Shown here piece after piece: positions 26,799 through 32,000 of a stretch of 32,000 nucleotides of DNA. The stretch comes from Candidatus Iainarchaeum sp. (GTDB lineage: Archaea > Iainarchaeota > Iainarchaeia > Iainarchaeales > CSSED10-239). Location: the NCBI GenBank assembly GCA_028700115.1, contig JAQVTI010000004.1, positions 1-32,000 on the forward strand, read 5' to 3'. The translations under genes were made by a program, and so were the position numbers. How positions within the stretch are numbered: the first letter of the stretch is position 1; each line of letters begins with the position of its first letter. A model generated the notes under the pieces. That model had not been told where the DNA came from and made no database searches. It was given only the letters and a program-made list of their open reading frames with translations.

Positions 26799-27422
26799 AT
26801 GGCTTTTTTAAATTTGAAAGACTCTTTTGATTTTTTAAATAAAAATAATATTAATACTTTAGCTTATACATTAATTTCTTCTAAAAAAGATTTAAAAAAT
26901 TTTAAAGAATATCCATATGTTTTAAAATTAAGTTCTTCTTTATTACATAAAACTGAAAAAAAAGTTGTTTTTGTTAATTTAAATAATAAAAAAGATTTAG
27001 AAAATTCATATGATTCTTTAAAAAAAGTAATTTTTAATGAAAAAATTAAAAAATATGATATTTTATTACAAAAACAAATTCCTGGAATAGAAATAATTAT
27101 TGGTATAAAAGAAGATAAACAATTTGGGAAAGTTATTTTGTTTGGTTTTGGTGGTATATTTACAGAAGTTTTTAAAGATTCTTCAATTAAAATTTTACCT
27201 ATTTCTAAAAAGGATTTAAATTTTTTATTTTCAGAAACTAAAATTGGGTCTATTTTAGAAAAAGGTTTTAGAAATAAAAAATATCCTATTAAAGAACTTA
27301 AAGAAATGATTTATAATATTTCAAATCTTGCAATTAAATATAATATTAAAGAATTAGATATAAATCCATTAATAATTAATGAAAATGGTTTATATATTGT
27401 AGATTCTAGAATATTATTATAA
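26799..27422 (+). CDS. ATP-grasp protein, acyl-CoA synthetase (ADP-forming) beta-subunit-like
   Basis: YPYVLKLSSSLLHKTEK, LLQKQIPGIEIIIGIKEDKQFGKVILFGFGGIFTEVFKD, IKELDINPLIINENGLYIVDSRI. Start chosen at ATG 26799 (track starts TTG 26781). Confidence 0.85.
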   Translation: MAFLNLKDSFDFLNKNNINTLAYTLISSKKDLKNFKEYPYVLKLSSSLLHKTEKKVVFVNLNNKKDLENSYDSLKKVIFNEKIKKYDILLQKQIPGIEIIIGIKEDKQFGKVILFGFGGIFTEVFKDSSIKILPISKKDLNFLFSETKIGSILEKGFRNKKYPIKELKEMIYNISNLAIKYNIKELDINPLIINENGLYIVDSRILL

Positions 27423-27804
27423 ATTTAATAATTATTTGTTATAATTTAATTTATTTTTTTAAATAATTATTAAAGATGTTTTTGTTTTTATTTATTTTTT
27501 AAAATTTATCTTTGTTTTTTAAGAATATTTAATTAATTTATTTTTAGTTAATCTTGAAAAAAAAGATTATATTTATAAAAAATTTTTAGAAAATCTAAAA
27601 TAAAATTGTAAACTAATTTATTTAATAAAATTAATTTAGTTAATTTATAAAAGTATTTTTTAAATTTAAAACTAAAATTTAGAAAATATTTTCTAATTTT
27701 TTTGATATTTTTTTTGTTTTTGTTGTTTTATTTAAATATAATAATTTTGGTAAAGTAGTAAAAAATATAAAAGAAACGATATATAATTATTATATAAATT
27801 AAAT

Positions 27805-28728
27805 ATGGTAAAAAATATGCTTTATAATTTAGATATGCATACTCATTTAGGACCAAAAAAAGGGTCTGCAAAAACTTATTGGAAATATATAAAAAAATCT
27901 AATTTAATTGGAACAGCTATTACTGAATATAATTATTTAAATCCAAAAAAAGCATATTATGATTTATTAGTTAGAAAACCAAAAGGAATGATTTTAATTC
28001 CTGGAATTAAAATTAAAACAGATTCTGGCGAGGTTTTAATTTATTCCCCAGATGATGATATTTATAATTATAGTTTATTATATGAAGATAATGTGTCTTT
28101 AAAAAGATTAATAGATTTTGCAAATAAAAAAAATTATCTAATTTCTATTGCCCACCCATTTGGATTAATATCTAATTCTGCATCATATATTTTAGGTTTA
28201 GATAAATTAGAAAAATTAATTAAAGATAAAAAAATTGGTGTTGAAGCATATACTGGAACAATTGGTTATTTATATTATTATTTATATGATTCTTTCTTTT
28301 TAAGAAAAATAAGATCTATTTTAGATTTTTTAGAAATAAAATCTTTTTTTAAAACAATTAAATTATCTAAATTAAGTGAATTTTTTACACATAAATTAGA
28401 TCAAAAAAGTTATGATGTTGTATATAGATTTGAAGCAGCAATTAAACTTGGAAAAATTGCAAGTTATGTAACTGCTGGTTCAGGTAGTTATACTTTAGAT
28501 GGTATTGGAAGTGGTATCTTAACTATGGATATACCTAAATACATTCTTGAAGAAACAGATTATATTAAACAAAACAAAGATTTATTAAATAAAATAAGTA
28601 AGAAAAAAATAAAAGCTGTTGGACCTCCTGGGAAATATGATGATGATTTATTTCAGAGATCTACTGCTAGAAAAACAAAAATTAGAGCCTATAAAGATTT
28701 AATGTATCTTACAGAAAGATCTGTTTGA
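27805..28728 (+). CDS. PHP-domain metal-dependent phosphoesterase
   Basis: YNLDMHTHLGPKKGSAKTYWKYIKKSNLIGTAITEYN, LISIAHPFGLIS, and downstream GSGSYTLDGIGSG; PHP-like histidine motifs. Confidence 0.75.
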   Translation: MVKNMLYNLDMHTHLGPKKGSAKTYWKYIKKSNLIGTAITEYNYLNPKKAYYDLLVRKPKGMILIPGIKIKTDSGEVLIYSPDDDIYNYSLLYEDNVSLKRLIDFANKKNYLISIAHPFGLISNSASYILGLDKLEKLIKDKKIGVEAYTGTIGYLYYYLYDSFFLRKIRSILDFLEIKSFFKTIKLSKLSEFFTHKLDQKSYDVVYRFEAAIKLGKIASYVTAGSGSYTLDGIGSGILTMDIPKYILEETDYIKQNKDLLNKISKKKIKAVGPPGKYDDDLFQRSTARKTKIRAYKDLMYLTERSV

Positions 28729-28737
28729 TTATTAAAT

Positions 28738-29421
28738 TTATTTTCCAAAATTTCTTTTAATATTTTTAAAATTTTTAATAATTTTATCTATATCTTTATT
28801 ATTTATTTCTGGCCATAATTTTTTAAGAAAAACTAATTCTGAATAAATACATTCATATGTTAAAAATCCTGAAAGTCTTTTATAATTTCCGGTTCTTACT
28901 ATAATTTCAGGATCTATAAAATTTTTGTCATAAAGATATTTTGTAAAATTTTCTAAAGTTACTTTTTTAATATTTTTAGATATTATTTTATTTACTGCAT
29001 CAATTATTTCTTGTCTTCCACCATATCCAATACATAAATAAACTGTTAGTCTTGCATTTTTTTTTTTATTTTCAATTTCTTTTAATTTTTTTTCTAATTT
29101 TTTTGGAATTATATTATAATTTCCTAATATTTTTATATTAATATCATAATTTTTAAATTTATCTTTAACATAAAATTTATCATCAAAAACTTTTACTAAA
29201 TAATCTATTTCGTCTTTATTTCTATTTATATTTTCTGTAGATAATAAATAATAGCTAATTTGTTTAATTTCAGGATATTTATTATAGATATAAATTGAGT
29301 TTTCAATTACTTTATCTGCTCCTTTTGAATATCCTTTATATAAATTAAATATTTTTTTTTTTGCAAATCTTCTATTTCCATCTGCAATAAAACCAATAGA
29401 ATTTATTTTATTTTTCTCCAT
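28738..29421 (-). CDS. uppS: Cis-polyprenyl diphosphate synthase
   Basis: IADGNRRFAKK, G..KG..K, YLLSTENINR, CIGYGGRQEI, IIVRTGNYKRLSGFLTYECIYSELVFLKKLWPEI. Confidence 0.9.
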   Translation of the reverse strand: MEKNKINSIGFIADGNRRFAKKKIFNLYKGYSKGADKVIENSIYIYNKYPEIKQISYYLLSTENINRNKDEIDYLVKVFDDKFYVKDKFKNYDINIKILGNYNIIPKKLEKKLKEIENKKKNARLTVYLCIGYGGRQEIIDAVNKIISKNIKKVTLENFTKYLYDKNFIDPEIIVRTGNYKRLSGFLTYECIYSELVFLKKLWPEINNKDIDKIIKNFKNIKRNFGK

Positions 29422-29502
29422 AATTAATTCCTTTAAAAATTGTAAAATATAAAATATTTATAATCTATTATATTTATAATTGTTTTGTATATTTTTATAA
29501 AT

Positions 29503-30234
29503 ATGAATTTATTATATTTACCAATAATTATTATAACTATATTAATTTTAATAATAATTTCTATTCAAGATATTAAAAAAAGAGAAATTAATATATTTTA
29601 TTTAATTTTTTTAGTGATTTTTAGTATTATTTATTTATGGGTTTTTATTTTTAAAAATGATTTAAATTTATGGTATTCTTATTTTTATCAATTAATAATT
29701 ATTTTTGTATTTTTATTAATAATTTTTATATTAGGTAAACTAAGTAAATTTATATATATTGGAGAAGGAGATTTATATACTTTATTTGCATTAAGTTTTA
29801 CAAATATTTTCACTGAATTTTATATTTTAAGTATAATTATTTTATCTTTATTTATAACATTATTAATACCTTTATTTTTATTTATATATAATTTATCTAC
29901 ATTTAATTTTCCAAAAAAACATGGTTTTTTTAAATCTATTATTTTAATGTTTTTAGGAATTAATATAAATATTAAAAAATTAAATAACTTTTATTATTCT
30001 TTAGAAAAATTTTCCTTTAAAAATAATAAATTAAAATATATTATTTCTTTAAAACCAAATATATCTCCTGATAAAGAAATTAAACAATTAAAAGCTTTTT
30101 CTAAAATACATAATATTAAGACAATATGGGTTTCTCCTTTAGTTCCTTTTGTAGTATCTATTACTTTAGCATATATTTTTATGTTTATTTTATCTTTTTA
30201 TAATATTTTTAATATATTTATTTTCTTTTTATAG
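29503..30234 (+). CDS. Archaeal type IV prepilin/preflagellin peptidase (A24 family)
   Basis: Multi-pass membrane protein with two catalytic Asp contexts: SIQDIKKREI and IGEGDLY. ATG 29503 preferred over TTG 29485. Confidence 0.8.
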   Translation: MNLLYLPIIIITILILIIISIQDIKKREINIFYLIFLVIFSIIYLWVFIFKNDLNLWYSYFYQLIIIFVFLLIIFILGKLSKFIYIGEGDLYTLFALSFTNIFTEFYILSIIILSLFITLLIPLFLFIYNLSTFNFPKKHGFFKSIILMFLGININIKKLNNFYYSLEKFSFKNNKLKYIISLKPNISPDKEIKQLKAFSKIHNIKTIWVSPLVPFVVSITLAYIFMFILSFYNIFNIFIFFL

Positions 30235-30351
30235 TTTTTTTTATTTTTAATAATTATTTTTAATAAGTTTAATTATAAACAAAAAATAGATATACTTTAA
30301 AAATTTAATGATTAATCATATAATATATTTAATTTAAAAATATATTTTAAT

Positions 30352-32000
30352 ATGGGTATTTTAGAAAAAATAGATATTATAGATAAAAGAAATTCAATAT
30401 CTACTAAAGATAATGTATCTAAATTATCTTTATTTGATAATATCTCAGAAAAGGATAGAAAAGTATATTCTATGGACTATACTATAATTAAACCTTTATC
30501 AAAATTAGATGTTATTAATAAAAGTAATTTAGAAGTATCTTTAAAAAAAGATAATATTAATAATTATAATTTACCATTAGTTATTCCTTCTGAAAAAATA
30601 ATTTTTTCTAATAATTTACCATTAGTTATTCCTTCTGAAAAAATTGGTTTCTTAAATTCTAATTTTAAAGAATATATTAGTGTTTATAATAAATCTTTAA
30701 GTAAAAATAATTTTTTAAAAAAAAAAAATAAAAAAGAAAATTTAAATAATAATTATTTTATAACAGAAGAAGAACTTAAATCAAATTTAAAATCTATAGC
30801 ATATTTGTCTTTTTCTAAAGATAAATCTTCTATAAATAAGAAAACAAAATATCATTTTTCTAAAGATAATGTTGTTTCTGGAATTAATTTTGATAAAAAT
30901 AAAATTAAAGTAACAGAAGATATTGATGAGTTATTATCTGAATTAAATAAAAAGGCTTTAAATCTTGATAAAAAAGAAACTTTTTTAGAAGAATTTTCAT
31001 TTTTAGAATCTAATCCAAAAGTTAATAAAATATCTTTAGATAATTATAAAATAAAACATCTTTATTCTAAAATAGACCAAATTTATGAGAATATGGATAA
31101 CTTAAATGTATTAGATCAAAGTTCTTTTTCTAAAAAAAATTTTATTAAAAATGATTTAAAAGATAAAAAAACAAATATAGAATCTAAAATAGGTATTTTT
31201 GAAGAAATTAAAGTCCCAGATATTTTTGTAATAAAAGATGATTCTAATAATTTAGAAGAAGTAATATCAAATGAATTTTCTAGTTATGAAAAGGATATTT
31301 CAAAAAAATCTACTATTCCTTTTTTTATATCTAAAGATAATGTATTAGATTTATCTGATGTTGTTTATAATTATATAAATAATTCTAAAAAAAATGCTTT
31401 TAATGATCCATCTAAAAAAATAAATATAAATTTAATATATAATAAAGCATTAAAAGATGATAATTATCTAAAAAATTTACTTTTAAATACAAAAAATACA
31501 ACACAAATAAATAAAGAAAATGAAACTTTAAAAAATATTGAAAATAAATCAAAATTTTCTAAAAAGTCATTATTTAAAAATAATATTTTTAAAAAAGACA
31601 AATCTTTACAAGTTAATTTAAATGATTCTAATAAAAATTTAAATAATAAAAATTTAAATAATAAAAATTTAAATAATAAAAATAGATCTCAAAAATCAAA
31701 TTATAAATTAAAGCCAAAATCAAATATAGATTATATTTTGCCAGTAAATGATTCTTCAAAAAATTTTGTAGTTAATAATTTTGAAAAGTCTATATCTCAA
31801 GATTTAATTTATTCTTTACCAATAAAAAATATAGATTTTTCTCAAAATAAAATTTATGAAAAATATTCTTTAGATGATTTTACTTTTGTAAATATTTATT
31901 TTGATAATTCTATAGGGCTTGTATATGATTTAATACAGCCAGAACTTAATAATAATCAACAAAAGTTATTTAATCAAATAAAAGATATGTTTTATAATAA
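30352..32000 (+). CDS. Partial protein running off the window; long Lys/Asn-rich N-terminus followed by a segment resembling the start of archaeal type II/IV secretion (GspE/FlaI-like) ATPases
   Basis: Open frame from ATG 30352 to the window end (MGILEKIDIIDKRNSIST...); final residues YSLDDFTFVNIYFDNSIGLVYDLIQPELNNNQQKLFNQIKDMLYN resemble the N-terminal domain preceding the ATPase core; sits next to a prepilin peptidase. Absent from the ORF track. Confidence 0.6.
   Translation, partial: MGILEKIDIIDKRNSISTKDNVSKLSLFDNISEKDRKVYSMDYTIIKPLSKLDVINKSNLEVSLKKDNINNYNLPLVIPSEKIIFSNNLPLVIPSEKIGFLNSNFKEYISVYNKSLSKNNFLKKKNKKENLNNNYFITEEELKSNLKSIAYLSFSKDKSSINKKTKYHFSKDNVVSGINFDKNKIKVTEDIDELLSELNKKALNLDKKETFLEEFSFLESNPKVNKISLDNYKIKHLYSKIDQIYENMDNLNVLDQSSFSKKNFIKNDLKDKKTNIESKIGIFEEIKVPDIFVIKDDSNNLEEVISNEFSSYEKDISKKSTIPFFISKDNVLDLSDVVYNYINNSKKNAFNDPSKKININLIYNKALKDDNYLKNLLLNTKNTTQINKENETLKNIENKSKFSKKSLFKNNIFKKDKSLQVNLNDSNKNLNNKNLNNKNLNNKNRSQKSNYKLKPKSNIDYILPVNDSSKNFVVNNFEKSISQDLIYSLPIKNIDFSQNKIYEKYSLDDFTFVNIYFDNSIGLVYDLIQPELNNNQQKLFNQIKDMFYN
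31635..31680 (+). repeat. 15-bp in-frame tandem repeat encoding (NKNLN)n
   Basis: AATAAAAATTTAAAT repeated about three times inside the 30352 ORF. Confidence 0.8.

Overview
AT-rich archaeal-type window. The small Asn/Lys/Ile-rich proteome and informational genes (SMC, NMD3, beta-CASP nuclease, TrkH/TrkA, cis-prenyltransferase, archaeal prepilin peptidase) suggest a DPANN-like genome. The left third (about 1-12750) looks like a compact defence island: a helical membrane protein, an AlbA_2/Schlafen-type protein, an unknown protein, a complete Type I restriction-modification operon (hsdM-hsdS-hsdR), an EVE/PUA-like reader, a small zinc-ribbon PD-(D/E)XK protein with a DpnI-like motif layout, a divergent HEPN-like protein (RNAIAH motif), and a membrane-anchored Cys-rich protein with a cytoplasmic HNH nuclease domain. 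That last gene is bracketed by an exact 45-bp direct repeat (10943-10987 and 12684-12728). The remainder is mostly housekeeping: smc, two secreted beta-sandwich proteins, a coiled-coil gene with an internal in-frame TAA, adenylate kinase, tRNA-Arg(CCT), an acidic/basic mini-ORF pair, a 20-bp tandem repeat, trkH, trkA, NMD3-like, beta-CASP, an ATP-grasp subunit, PHP, uppS, prepilin peptidase, and a truncated N-terminus of a possible pilus/secretion ATPase. Best candidates for new biology are the EVE + DpnI-like nuclease pair and the HNH membrane-protein cassette. All family assignments come from reading motifs in the translations; no searches were run.
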